Shown here: one piece after another, positions 54,044-63,810 of the stretch
Position numbering within the stretch: position 1 is the stretch's first letter
Layout: every line of letters begins with the position of its first letter
DNA from: an uncultured Anaeromyxobacteraceae bacterium
Lineage (GTDB): Bacteria; Myxococcota_A; UBA9042; DTJE01
Length of the DNA: 64,000 bases
Direction of reading: 5' to 3'
Assembly (NCBI GenBank): GCA_964573455.1
Contig: CAZNJW010000003.1
Coordinates: forward strand, 571 to 64,570
The notes under the pieces: model-generated
The model's database searches: none
What the model saw: the letters and a program-made list of their open reading frames with translations, nothing else
What the model was told of the DNA's origin: nothing
Made by a program: the position numbers and the translations under genes

Positions 54044-56290
54044 TCAGTAATCGACAGCGTCGCCGATCCCATAGTCGACCACGGGGACGAAGATCCTGCC
54101 GTAGAGTTCCATGCGCTCTTCAGGCGAAAGGTAGATGGCGCCGTACCTGACCAGGTGTTCGGCGACTTTCCGGCAGTAGTTCCTGCCCTGGTTGTAGGGA
54201 ATCATCTCGACCATCTCGTCCAGCGGCAGCCCGCGGTTCTCGAGCATGAAACGTCGGATGGCGGGCGCGCCCGAATTGTACGCGGCGGACGCGAACACGA
54301 TCTGTCCCTTGAAGTCGCGATAAAGGTCGGACAGATACTTCGTGCCGAACAGTATGTTGACGCCGGGATCGAAGAAAGAGTCCAGTTCCCAGCGGATACC
54401 GACCTGTCCGCCGACGATATGCGCGGTCGCCGCGATCATCTGCATGGCGCCGAGGGCGGCGACATAGCTGACCTGGCTGGCATCGTAGCGGCTCTCCTGA
54501 CGCATGATCGAGTAGACCCACAGTTCAGGAATGCCATACTGACCGGCGGCGGCCGAAACGAGGGGCCTGAATGCCCTCGGGTAACGGGCCATCCAGTACA
54601 GGCCGGCTTCCGGTTCAGGCGACCGACTCCTGCGAAGACCACGAATCTTCTCCGAACGCTTCAGAAGGGCGTTGTACTGTTCGGTCGCCTCCGACTGCGT
54701 GATCAGGAACCTTGCCAGTTCGGCGCCGGCAAGATGACGTTCGGCCCGCGCGGATACCTTCCTGTAAAGCTTCAGTGCCTCACCAGGTTCGCCAACGGCG
54801 GCCAGGGCTCGAACCTCGCGCAGGGTGGCGATGACATCCGGCGGCATCGAACCGGTGTACCACAGTGGCGCCGGATCCCTCTGGACGGCTGCCGGCGCGG
54901 TCATCCAGGCCGGCAGGGGAATGTTTTCGTACTCCTTCAGACGATAGGCCGCCAGAACCGAGTACCAGGTCATCGGGTAGCGGTTGATGACCTCCCGCAT
55001 CCAGGACCCGGCCTGTCTGGAATTTCCCAGCCTGTGCCAGGCCACGCCCCCCCAGTACATCGCCTTGCCGGCCACGAGGCAGTTTCCGAGTCTCTTCATC
55101 TGACCAAAGACCTCGATCGCCTCGCGATACCTGCCCAGACGGAACAGCGACCAGCCCTTGAACCAGATCATGTAGCTGTAACGATCGGATTTTCTGTACA
55201 TCTTCAGAAAACGATCTATCTCGGGCAGCGCCTTTTCGTACTCGCGGTGATCATAGGGAAGCCATGCCAGATAGTAGTGGGCCAGCATTCGCTGAGGCTT
55301 AGCGCCCGACCGGATGTACTCACTGAAACAATTCGCGGCGTTGTCGTAGTCCTCCAGCCTTGCCCAGGCCCTTCCAAGAAGGAATGTGCCCTCGGGACCG
55401 GTTCCGACACCACGGGCCCTCGCGTACTGCATCAACTCGACAGTCTCCCGCGGTTTGTCACGCACGTGGATGAGATGCGACCTGGCGAGTTCCCAGGCCA
55501 GTCCGGGAGAATCGTCTCCCCTTGCCCTGAGCATCTCGAGCGTCGACTGGTAATTGATGAAATCCCACGCTTTGTAGAAGGCATCGGCGCGCTCCCTCAA
55601 CTCGCCGTCCGTCAGGCTTCCGGCTTCAAGACCGGTTTCCCCCGCGGCTGCCGTGTCCGGCATCTCCACGAACAGCCTTCGCAGAAGCAGCGACCTTTCA
55701 GGTTCGGGCGACGCCATCGCCCGCAGCAACCTGGCGCGCGCCTCCCTGCTGCGCGCGGGCCTTGCGGACAGAACCTTTACGGCCTGCTCCCGGGCGCCGT
55801 CGGGATTGCCGTCTTCAAGCATGGCGTATCCACTCAGCAGCCTGGCCTCGGCCTCATCCGGCGAACCGGGGAAACGATCGATGAACGACGCCATCCGCGC
55901 CGCACCCGCTGGATCGCCGGCTGCGAGAGCCGCCCGCCCCTGCTCAAACGACACGATGGATCTGAGGGACGGCGGAATCGAATCTTCCTTGATGCCTTCC
56001 AGCAACCGGACCGCATCGGCGGCACCGGCTTTGGTGTCCGGCATCGCCCTGGCCTTCACCACACGGGAGATCGAGTCCCAGGACGACCCAGGCTCGAATT
56101 CCGCGCCGGACATGGTGGCTGCCGCGTACCCGTAAAAGCCGAGACGGTTCAGCGCGGACGCCTTCACGAGTCTCGCGTACGCGTCTTCGCCTGGATCCGA
56201 ACCGGCAGTTCCGGCCCGGGCGGCGACGGCCAGCAGGGCGGCCGGAATAAGCAGCGCGACCAACGTGACCCTGTTTCCGGCGTCCATCAT
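54044..56290 (-). CDS. slt: Soluble lytic murein transglycosylase (Slt70-like: superhelical N-terminal domain plus SLT catalytic domain)
   Basis: Catalytic region IPELWVYSIMRQESRYDASQVSYVAALGAMQM...AAYNSGAPAIRRF. Signal peptide present. Confidence 0.85.
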   Translation of the reverse strand: MMDAGNRVTLVALLIPAALLAVAARAGTAGSDPGEDAYARLVKASALNRLGFYGYAAATMSGAEFEPGSSWDSISRVVKARAMPDTKAGAADAVRLLEGIKEDSIPPSLRSIVSFEQGRAALAAGDPAGAARMASFIDRFPGSPDEAEARLLSGYAMLEDGNPDGAREQAVKVLSARPARSREARARLLRAMASPEPERSLLLRRLFVEMPDTAAAGETGLEAGSLTDGELRERADAFYKAWDFINYQSTLEMLRARGDDSPGLAWELARSHLIHVRDKPRETVELMQYARARGVGTGPEGTFLLGRAWARLEDYDNAANCFSEYIRSGAKPQRMLAHYYLAWLPYDHREYEKALPEIDRFLKMYRKSDRYSYMIWFKGWSLFRLGRYREAIEVFGQMKRLGNCLVAGKAMYWGGVAWHRLGNSRQAGSWMREVINRYPMTWYSVLAAYRLKEYENIPLPAWMTAPAAVQRDPAPLWYTGSMPPDVIATLREVRALAAVGEPGEALKLYRKVSARAERHLAGAELARFLITQSEATEQYNALLKRSEKIRGLRRSRSPEPEAGLYWMARYPRAFRPLVSAAAGQYGIPELWVYSIMRQESRYDASQVSYVAALGAMQMIAATAHIVGGQVGIRWELDSFFDPGVNILFGTKYLSDLYRDFKGQIVFASAAYNSGAPAIRRFMLENRGLPLDEMVEMIPYNQGRNYCRKVAEHLVRYGAIYLSPEERMELYGRIFVPVVDYGIGDAVDY

Positions 56291-56293
56291 GAT

Positions 56294-58876
56294 TCAACCG
56301 ATTATGGGACTGTCGTAGAGCCTGACCAGATCCGACGGCAGGTACCGCCTTCCCATCAGCCCGGACAGCCAGTCATACGCATTTGCGGCCGGTCTGGCGG
56401 CTCGCCCAGGCCACAGGATGGTCCAGACGTTCTCTCCGGGGACAAAAGGCGACGGACACAGATGTTCCAGGCCGACTGGCATCTCAATAAGCCTGCCGCC
56501 ATCAAGAACGCCGAGCAGGCATGTCGCTTCCTCCGGCGGAACCGGGCACGAAAAAGCGAACCTGGTCGGTCTGAATCCGGCGCGACGGCCATGCATCGGC
56601 TCGACCGAAAGAAAGACCATCCCGTCGATCGAGGCCTCGTTCAATCTTGCCGGATCGGGCGGAGTCGCGGTGTGGAGCCGGGCATCCACCCATTCCCCGA
56701 CCGAACGATACCCAACGGCCATCGGTTCGCAGTACGAAAACCTCGGCATCGGATGAAAGCCCCCGGAAAAGACCGGTTCGTAGCCCGCCCGCTTGAAGAT
56801 CCTGGGCACATGCTTGACCAGGTCGATCTGGGAAAGCCACGAAGACGCACCCGACCTGGTGTAGACGATGTGCCAGCCGGTGGGTGGCTGAATCGGCTCA
56901 ACCCCGATGACTGGAGCCAGACCTTCTCCGTCGGCGGCCACGGTTCGACGAACCTTCGCAAGCTCACGCGGCCTGCACCCGGTACCGCACCCATGGCAGA
57001 CGACGCCGGAATCGAAAGAGGCCGCGGACATCAGGCCGTCAAGAGGCTTCTCGCAAGGTCTCGTGGTCACGGCTTCGAATGCCTTGACGCGCTCGCGCGC
57101 CAGGAAATCGACCGACACGTTCATGTCGGCGATCTGCCAGGGCAGTGCCGCGCCGGCGGGAACCTCCCGCAGGAACACGTCGCGGTCCACGCCGGCATTG
57201 AGGAACGCGGCGTCCCACAGGTCCGGACTGAACGTCTCGGTCCAGTTGTCGAAACGGCACCCGGCCTCGAAGGCGGCCTGAACTACGTCCGCCAGCGACC
57301 GATCACCCCGCGCCATGACGCACTCGAGCCTGCTTATCTTCTGGTCAGGGTACTTGAAGGTGACCCCGGTGCGCCTGGACGCCTCCCTGATGATGGCCTG
57401 ACGCCTGGCGACCACATCGGGATCGGCCATCCCCTCCCACTGGAACGGGGTATGTGGCCGGGGTACGAACACCCCGACCGCGGCGTTCACGTCGGCACGC
57501 CCATGGCCGCGACCGACCTTCAGGACCTTGCGCGCCAGTTCCACGATCGCCGCCACGTCATCGTCGGTCTCGGTAGGCAGACCAAGCATGAAATACAGCT
57601 TCAGACGCTGCCAGCCGGCCCCGAAAGCCCTCGCGGCGGCATCCAGCATGTCCTGTTCGGTGATGTTCTTGTTGATTACGTCGCGCAGGCGCTGGGAGCC
57701 GGCCTCAGGGGCCAGTGTCAGTCCCGCGGCCCTGACCGCCTTCATGTCCTTCAGGACTGCTTCCGACAGGCCGTATGCCCTGAGGGAAGACACCGAAAGG
57801 GTCACGTTACGGGGAGTCACGCTGCCCGACATCGCGGCCACCAGTGATGGCAGGGCCGGATAGTCCGCTGGCGAAAGGGCGCCAAGCGAGACCTCTTCGT
57901 ATCCGCAGGCGGTTATCGCGGCCAGACTGTCGCGAAGCACGGTTCGCGGATTCCGGTCACGCAGCGGTCTGTATGAAAAACCGGCCTCGCAGAACCGACA
58001 TCCCTCGGAACAACCGCGAGCGATCTCGATAGAGACCCGGTCGAAGACCGCGCGGTTCCAGGGCATGATGGTTCGAACCGGGATTGGCCAGTCCTCGAGA
58101 TTCGGAATGAACACACGACGAACCGTTGCTGGAACGCCTTCGACCGCGGGCTCCGGGACCAGCCATCCGGCCAGCGGGTCGGGCCTGGTCACATAAAAGC
58201 CCGGAACGAAGACCCCGGGCATGCCAGCAAGCCTTTCAAGGATGCTCCGTCTGGCCACGCCCTCCCGGCGCATGGAACCGACCAGCCTGACTATCCCGGC
58301 GATCGAGGCCTCGGCCTCGCCAATGAAGAAGGCGTCGAAGAACGGCGCCATCGGTTCCGCGTGGGAGGCGCAGGGTCCTCCGCCGAGGATCACAGGGTCG
58401 GAATCGCCGCGATCGGCCGCCCTGAGCGGGATCCCGGACAGATCCAGGGCCGCCAGCACGTTCGTGTAGCACAGCTCGTGCTGAAGCGAAAAACCGAGCA
58501 CATCGAATGATCTCAGGGGGCGCCAGCTCTCCAGCGACACCAGAGGCATTCCGCGCCGCCTCAGCTCTGCCTCCATGTCGATCCAGACCGAGAAAGCGCG
58601 TTCAACCCTTATGTCCGGCTGCGACGCCAGTATCGAATAAAGGATCTGCGTGCCCAGGTGTGACATCCCGACTTCGTAAACATCGGGAAAGACGAGAGCG
58701 ATCGAGTTAGGGGCTTCGACGTTCAGTGTGGTGCCGAATTCGCCTCCGGCGTACCTCGACGGCTGGCGCACCTCATGCAGGAACGACATCCACGGATGCA
58801 CCGGTTTCGGGCACCCCGCGGCGGCATCGACTCCAGCGCCGTCGTAAATTGGATCTACCACGTTTCCTCCAGTCAT
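56294..58876 (-). CDS. Radical SAM protein (B12-binding-like N-terminal domain plus CX3CX2C core) fused to a DUF2344-type C-terminal domain. This corresponds to TIGR03960/TIGR03936-type proteins fused in one chain.
   Basis: IEIARGCSEGCRFCEAGFSYRP (CX3CX2C), 860 aa. The C-terminal ~230 aa resemble the 'radical SAM-linked' protein that is usually a separate gene. The start overlaps the rnb stop by 1 nt. Confidence 0.8.
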   Translation of the reverse strand: MTGGNVVDPIYDGAGVDAAAGCPKPVHPWMSFLHEVRQPSRYAGGEFGTTLNVEAPNSIALVFPDVYEVGMSHLGTQILYSILASQPDIRVERAFSVWIDMEAELRRRGMPLVSLESWRPLRSFDVLGFSLQHELCYTNVLAALDLSGIPLRAADRGDSDPVILGGGPCASHAEPMAPFFDAFFIGEAEASIAGIVRLVGSMRREGVARRSILERLAGMPGVFVPGFYVTRPDPLAGWLVPEPAVEGVPATVRRVFIPNLEDWPIPVRTIMPWNRAVFDRVSIEIARGCSEGCRFCEAGFSYRPLRDRNPRTVLRDSLAAITACGYEEVSLGALSPADYPALPSLVAAMSGSVTPRNVTLSVSSLRAYGLSEAVLKDMKAVRAAGLTLAPEAGSQRLRDVINKNITEQDMLDAAARAFGAGWQRLKLYFMLGLPTETDDDVAAIVELARKVLKVGRGHGRADVNAAVGVFVPRPHTPFQWEGMADPDVVARRQAIIREASRRTGVTFKYPDQKISRLECVMARGDRSLADVVQAAFEAGCRFDNWTETFSPDLWDAAFLNAGVDRDVFLREVPAGAALPWQIADMNVSVDFLARERVKAFEAVTTRPCEKPLDGLMSAASFDSGVVCHGCGTGCRPRELAKVRRTVAADGEGLAPVIGVEPIQPPTGWHIVYTRSGASSWLSQIDLVKHVPRIFKRAGYEPVFSGGFHPMPRFSYCEPMAVGYRSVGEWVDARLHTATPPDPARLNEASIDGMVFLSVEPMHGRRAGFRPTRFAFSCPVPPEEATCLLGVLDGGRLIEMPVGLEHLCPSPFVPGENVWTILWPGRAARPAANAYDWLSGLMGRRYLPSDLVRLYDSPIIG

Positions 58877-60903
58877 CAGGCCACGTTCAACGTCACGTGA
58901 TCGCGCCGCGGGTCGACCTCGCGTACCACGACCGAGATCGGACTGCCCGGCTGTATGTTTCCGGCGCCGGACAGGGGCAGCACCAGGCCGGTGTCCAGGA
59001 GCTCGACCAGCACGCGGGCTCCTATCCGCGAGACCACCTCGCCATCCACCCTGCTCCCGGTAAAGGTCTGCAGATATTTCAAGGTCCAGTACCGTCTGGC
59101 CTCGCGTTCGACCCTGGTCACCAGTTCGCTCCTGGTCTCCAGCTCGCCGAATACCGCCATGAGCTTGTCCTGATCCATCGGAGCAACTCCGTCCTTCAGG
59201 AATCCCTTGATCTGGAGGTGGGCCAGAAAATCCTGGAATCGCCTGAGCGGGGAGGTCACCTGTGTGTATCCGACCACCCCGAGCGAGTAATGATAACCTG
59301 GTATCGTCGTCAATTCGCCGCGTTTGAGCGTCCGCAGCATGGTGTACGACAGCGCCCGCGACCCGGCCGGAAGACCCTTCAGGCGCTCGGACACGTCACC
59401 ATCAGGCGGATCCTGGCGCCTGTACACGACCGGAATCCCGTTTTGCCTCGCGAAGCGCCCGGCGACAGCACCGGCCAGGATCATGAACTCCGCCACCAGT
59501 CGACGCGACCTTGAGGTCCGTGGAAGGTGGCGGACTATGGGAAGGCCGTCGACGACCTTCACCGAATATTCGTCCCTGTCGAGCATCACCGCGCCATCGG
59601 CGATACGTCTGGTGCGCAGAGCCCCGGCCAGCGCGTCCAGCAGATCAAGCGTTCCAGCCCAGACAGGACGGATTCCCGAGCCCGCCAGGATGTCGTCGGC
59701 CTCGTCATAGGTCACGCGAGCCTCCAGCCGCCCTCGGAACACGCCTATGGACGAATCCAGGACGGTTCCATCGGGAGCCACGGTCACGGCGAAATCGATC
59801 ATCGATCTGTCACCTTCGGCGGACAGCGACAAAGCCGCCTCCGAAAGCGACTTCGGAAACATGGGCACTGTCATCGTAGGCAGGTACAGAGACGAGGCGC
59901 GCTCCATTCCGGCAGTGCCGACAGGCCCATGCAGGTCGATAAACGCACCCGGATCCGCGACGATGACATGAACCATGGTGCCGCCCGGGACCGGCTCGGC
60001 CATCAGCGCGTCGTCCACGTCCCTGGTCGTCTCGTCGTCTATCGCGAGCGGCCCGCTGCCGGCAACCCATTGAAGGGGAGGAGCGCTGCACACGGACGCT
60101 TCGTTCGCCACATCGATCGCCGCCGCCTCGACCGCCGAATCGAACACAAGCGGTATGTGGTTGCGTCTGATCGAAAGAATTTCATCAGGATCGGCGGCAT
60201 TCAGCCTGACGAGGTAATCGAAGGCGCAGACGTCCGGCTCGGCTGCCGGCGCCCCGCGCAACAAGGAAACCAGCTCGATTCCACGCCTGCCGTCACGTCC
60301 GTCCGGACCATCGTACACCAGGGCTTGAAGCCAGCCGATCCCCGATGCCAGCGCCGAATCACCACTGTCAGGGGAGGAATCCAGCGCGGCCTTGACCGCG
60401 GCGAGAACCGCCGTCATGCGGGCCCGCTCCTGTTCGTCGCGCTGCCGTGCCCTGATCGCCGACTCGACCGTCTGCGCCTGGGCTGGCTGGTACGAGCCGT
60501 CCTTCCTTAGCTTGAAATAAATGCCGTCGCTCTCGATGACCCAGGCGGTGGCGGCCAGCGCGGCCGGATCGGAGGTCGAAAACAACAGCTCGGCCAGCTC
60601 GAGCCCGGTGACCGTTCCGGCATCGGCAAGCAGTTCCCAGGCCCCGGCCAGATCGGCTGTGACGACCATGGCCTTGAGCCTTTCGGCGAACGCGGCCAGG
60701 CCGCCGACAGCGGACTGAAGCGGATAGGCCGGCACCTTGACAGCAGACTTGAAGAAGACCCTGTCCCCGGACCAGGTGGTCTGAACACCGTCTACCGTGA
60801 GAACCGTGAACCTGCCCGCGCGCTCGTCAAGCACGACCCCGGCGGCAGGTCCGCTGTCAAAAACGCCGAGGACCACACGCCCGGCATCAGCAGTTCCCAT
60901 CAT
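58876..60903 (-). CDS. rnb: RNase II/RNase R-family 3'-5' exoribonuclease (RNB domain plus C-terminal S1-like domain)
   Basis: RNB motif I AIDDETTRDVDDALM, plus YTQVTSPLRRFQDFLAHLQ. Start ATG 60903/60900 lies immediately after AGGAGG, so the exact start is uncertain. Confidence 0.85.
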   Translation of the reverse strand: MMGTADAGRVVLGVFDSGPAAGVVLDERAGRFTVLTVDGVQTTWSGDRVFFKSAVKVPAYPLQSAVGGLAAFAERLKAMVVTADLAGAWELLADAGTVTGLELAELLFSTSDPAALAATAWVIESDGIYFKLRKDGSYQPAQAQTVESAIRARQRDEQERARMTAVLAAVKAALDSSPDSGDSALASGIGWLQALVYDGPDGRDGRRGIELVSLLRGAPAAEPDVCAFDYLVRLNAADPDEILSIRRNHIPLVFDSAVEAAAIDVANEASVCSAPPLQWVAGSGPLAIDDETTRDVDDALMAEPVPGGTMVHVIVADPGAFIDLHGPVGTAGMERASSLYLPTMTVPMFPKSLSEAALSLSAEGDRSMIDFAVTVAPDGTVLDSSIGVFRGRLEARVTYDEADDILAGSGIRPVWAGTLDLLDALAGALRTRRIADGAVMLDRDEYSVKVVDGLPIVRHLPRTSRSRRLVAEFMILAGAVAGRFARQNGIPVVYRRQDPPDGDVSERLKGLPAGSRALSYTMLRTLKRGELTTIPGYHYSLGVVGYTQVTSPLRRFQDFLAHLQIKGFLKDGVAPMDQDKLMAVFGELETRSELVTRVEREARRYWTLKYLQTFTGSRVDGEVVSRIGARVLVELLDTGLVLPLSGAGNIQPGSPISVVVREVDPRRDHVTLNVA

Positions 60904-61909
60904 CCTCCTGTCCGGCGCGATCGGCCTCGTCGACGGCCGGTTGTGTTTCGACCGGCGCCTCCAGCCCGGTCGTGTCGATCCCCTTCCGGCGTTGGACGAT
61001 GTACATCACGAGACCGAAAAGGAACAATGGAATGCCAAGTGTCTGGGACGTGGACATCCCGAGAATCTCTCCGCGCTGATCCGCCCGCAGGAACTCGATC
61101 GCGAACCTGGCGACCGCGTATGCCATGCAGAAAAGGAAGAAGAGTTGTCCGGAGAACCGCTTGCGCGGCCTGACAAAGAAATAGAGCCAGAGGAATATCA
61201 GCAGGCAGGCCGCCGCCTCATAGAGCTGCGTGGGATGGACCGGCAAAGACTCGGCGGCCGATTTCGCGATCAACCCCTGGTCGACATGCAGCTTCCAGGC
61301 GGGGCTGCCTTTGGGAAACGCGAGCCCGGGCGGCGCGGCGCAGGTGGTCCCGAAGCAGCAGCCGGCCAGAAAGCACCCGACCCTGCCGAAGACCAGACCG
61401 AGCGGGATGGCGAAGCCGGCAAGATCGCCGACCTCCCACAGGGGCTGACCACGCCTTTTGATGTACACGATTCCAACCAGGGCGGCCAGCGCAAGACCAC
61501 CGTAAAAGGTCAGCCCGCCGTACCAGAACTTCAGCGCGCGCAGGCAGTCGCGCTTCTGGTGGCACAGGCCGGTGTCGACCTGGCACACCTGGCCACGCCG
61601 GGCGTCGACGCACTGCTGGTCCTTGAAGCACTTCCTGTCACCCGGCAGAGGTTCACCCTCGACCTTCATCGGGTCGACACAGAGGTTCACGTAGTCCTTG
61701 AACTGCCCGTCGGCGACCACGTGCATCAGGCGCGCGCCGAGAAGACCCGCGATGATCAGGATGATTCCCAGGTCCAGGATCAGATTATTCCTGCGCCCCC
61801 GGGCCAGCCAGTCGCGGTGCGCCAGCAGAATCACCGCGGTGTACCCCGCCATCAGCATCGTGAAGTAGGCGGGGAAGTCCAGTCCGAGGATGGTGAAAGT
61901 ACCGTGCAT
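60887..61909 (-). CDS. lgt: Prolipoprotein diacylglyceryl transferase with a ~60-aa Cys-rich insertion and a C-terminal extension
   Basis: IIAGLLGARLMHV, FWYGGLTFYGGL, GRVGCFLAGCCFG, PVHPTQLYEA are canonical Lgt motifs. GGAGG RBS. Confidence 0.88.
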   Translation of the reverse strand: MHGTFTILGLDFPAYFTMLMAGYTAVILLAHRDWLARGRRNNLILDLGIILIIAGLLGARLMHVVADGQFKDYVNLCVDPMKVEGEPLPGDRKCFKDQQCVDARRGQVCQVDTGLCHQKRDCLRALKFWYGGLTFYGGLALAALVGIVYIKRRGQPLWEVGDLAGFAIPLGLVFGRVGCFLAGCCFGTTCAAPPGLAFPKGSPAWKLHVDQGLIAKSAAESLPVHPTQLYEAAACLLIFLWLYFFVRPRKRFSGQLFFLFCMAYAVARFAIEFLRADQRGEILGMSTSQTLGIPLFLFGLVMYIVQRRKGIDTTGLEAPVETQPAVDEADRAGQEDDGNC

Positions 61910-62021
61910 GCGGCCTCCAGGTCAGTCCGCGGGCTATTGTACTACCTGACGTCGTTTTGTCCGATTGAAAGGCCTGTGTGTTGTCTGTGAATCAACTTAT
62001 GGAAACGCGGGGAGTTTCAGA

Positions 62022-63761
62022 TCAGAAGATACCGCCGAACAGATCGGCCAGCGACACGCAGAGGTGCTGCGGCATGCTGGGGGAGAGCTGTCCACCCGGG
62101 CAAACCAGTTCGATCATTGCCGCGAACTGGCCGAGCAGGCTGCCGAGCGCGCAGATCATCGACAGGTCCATGCATTCCTTGCCGTTCAGACAGTCGTCGG
62201 CCGTCTCACATCCGCAGTAGCCGGAGCCGGAGGTCATGCCTTCCATGCCGGGCATCATGCCACCGCCCATGACTCCCATGATCAGGAGCATCAGGTCATA
62301 GCAACTCTGGCCGGGGGCGCAGCAGGCCGAGGCGCCGTCGCAGGTGCCGGACGGGTCGAAGCACAGACCCTTGGTCGCGCCCGAAACCGTGGCGCAGCCC
62401 ATTTCACCACCGGTCGATGTGGGCGGGCAGTCGGAGGCGTCCTCGCAGGTCGCCAAGCACTGGCCTTCAACCGGCTGGCATATGGCACCGGTCTCGTCCA
62501 TGCATGAGTACAGGGGATCACCGACGCAGGTGCAGCCGGAACGGATCAGGGCGCAGTCCTCGTCGACCATGCACTGAACACACTGTTCAGCGCCGCCGAC
62601 AACCGCGCATACCGGGAAGGAGTCCGAGCAGAGGCCATCGCACGGAACGACGCCCTCGCAGGTGCCGTCCGGGTTGCACACGCCGGTCGCGTCCTCGAAG
62701 CGCAGACAGTCATCGTCCTTGCAGCACTGCTTGCACTTGTTGTCATCGCACATGATGGTACCCGAGCCGCACGTGCTGATCTCGCAGGTGTGGGTGTCGG
62801 TCTTGCACATCTCATCCTCACCGCAGTCGTCGTTGTTGCGGCAGGCGACACAGCCACCGTCAAGCGGCCACGGGGTGGGATCCTGGCAGCCCTTGCAGCC
62901 GACTGTGGTCGGAACGCAGATCTCGACGCCCTTACCGTTGTCGTTGCAGGTGTAATTGACCGAGTCCGTGCAGGTGCTGTTGACGCACTCGGGCACGCAC
63001 ACGCCACTGGCTTCGCCGGCGGTTGCCTTGTAGCAGCGCAGACCGGCGGCGCAGTCGTAGTCGTACATGCACTGGAAGCATTCCTCCTGGCAATCCTTGC
63101 AACTGCCGCTGCTGAAGTCACAGCACTTGCCCTCATCGCAGGGGGTGTCGAAGGTGCAGGCCACGCAGTTGAACTGCACGGGCAGACACGACTTCGAGGT
63201 TCCCTGGGCGTAGCAGGTGTAGCCGGGCAGGCAGTTGCCGTCATTGTTGCAGTCGCGCAGGCAGTGCTTCTCGGAGCCGACCGGCTGGCAGGTGTAGCCG
63301 GTGCCGCAGTCGCTGGGGATCGTGCACGACTTGCAGTCGTTGATCTCGGTGATCGGCGGCAGTTCGGCGGGCACGTCCTGTTCAACGGCGGTGTCTTCGC
63401 GCGGAGTGTCACTGTCGATGATGTCTTCGACCACGTCAGCGGGATTCGAGTTATCGACACAAATTCCGTCCTGACAGGTCTGGGGCGCTTGACAGAGCTT
63501 GGTCACGTTGTCACACAGCGGGGCCGAGCAGAACTTCCATCCAGCGTCCTTGCCAACCAGTTCGCCGGCAACGCAGATCTCGCCGGTGGTGCAGTCACCC
63601 TTGCCGTTGCAGACGCGTTCGACGCAGACAAGATCTACGCCGCACACTTCGCCGGCTGGACACTCCTCACTGGTGGCACAGGTCTTGTCGGTTGCGCCAC
63701 AACCGGCAATGACCAGGGCCGTAAAGGCACCAAGCGCGACCACAAAAGCGGTCTTTTTCAT
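62022..63761 (-). CDS. Cysteine-rich secreted lipoprotein (580 aa) with a Met/Gly-rich motif near the C-terminus
   Basis: ATG 63761 (GGAGAAGG upstream) gives MKKTAFVVALGAFTALVIAGC (lipobox). Dense Cys spacing throughout (e.g. CTTGEICV, CQDGICV, CKDCQEECFQC). The motif MLLIMGVMGGGMMPGMEGM lies near the end. Confidence 0.8.
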   Translation of the reverse strand: MKKTAFVVALGAFTALVIAGCGATDKTCATSEECPAGEVCGVDLVCVERVCNGKGDCTTGEICVAGELVGKDAGWKFCSAPLCDNVTKLCQAPQTCQDGICVDNSNPADVVEDIIDSDTPREDTAVEQDVPAELPPITEINDCKSCTIPSDCGTGYTCQPVGSEKHCLRDCNNDGNCLPGYTCYAQGTSKSCLPVQFNCVACTFDTPCDEGKCCDFSSGSCKDCQEECFQCMYDYDCAAGLRCYKATAGEASGVCVPECVNSTCTDSVNYTCNDNGKGVEICVPTTVGCKGCQDPTPWPLDGGCVACRNNDDCGEDEMCKTDTHTCEISTCGSGTIMCDDNKCKQCCKDDDCLRFEDATGVCNPDGTCEGVVPCDGLCSDSFPVCAVVGGAEQCVQCMVDEDCALIRSGCTCVGDPLYSCMDETGAICQPVEGQCLATCEDASDCPPTSTGGEMGCATVSGATKGLCFDPSGTCDGASACCAPGQSCYDLMLLIMGVMGGGMMPGMEGMTSGSGYCGCETADDCLNGKECMDLSMICALGSLLGQFAAMIELVCPGGQLSPSMPQHLCVSLADLFGGIF

Positions 63762-63810
63762 TTTTCCTTCTCCTGACAAGACTTGGATCAAAAAATCGCA
63801 AAGCCACGGC

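Noticed and set aside
54155-57847. 1,230-aa ORF on the + strand spanning two genes
   Set aside because: It runs antisense to the well-supported slt and radical-SAM genes. Its translation is Arg/Gly/Pro-rich low-complexity sequence with no motifs. Long stop-free antisense frames are expected in GC3-rich coding DNA.
62291-63776. Alternate-frame ORFs within the second Cys-rich gene (62546..63460 -, 62790..63776 +)
   Set aside because: Their A/R/T/P-rich translations have no start context. The 62022..63761 frame has an RBS, a lipobox and a consistent Cys-knot pattern.
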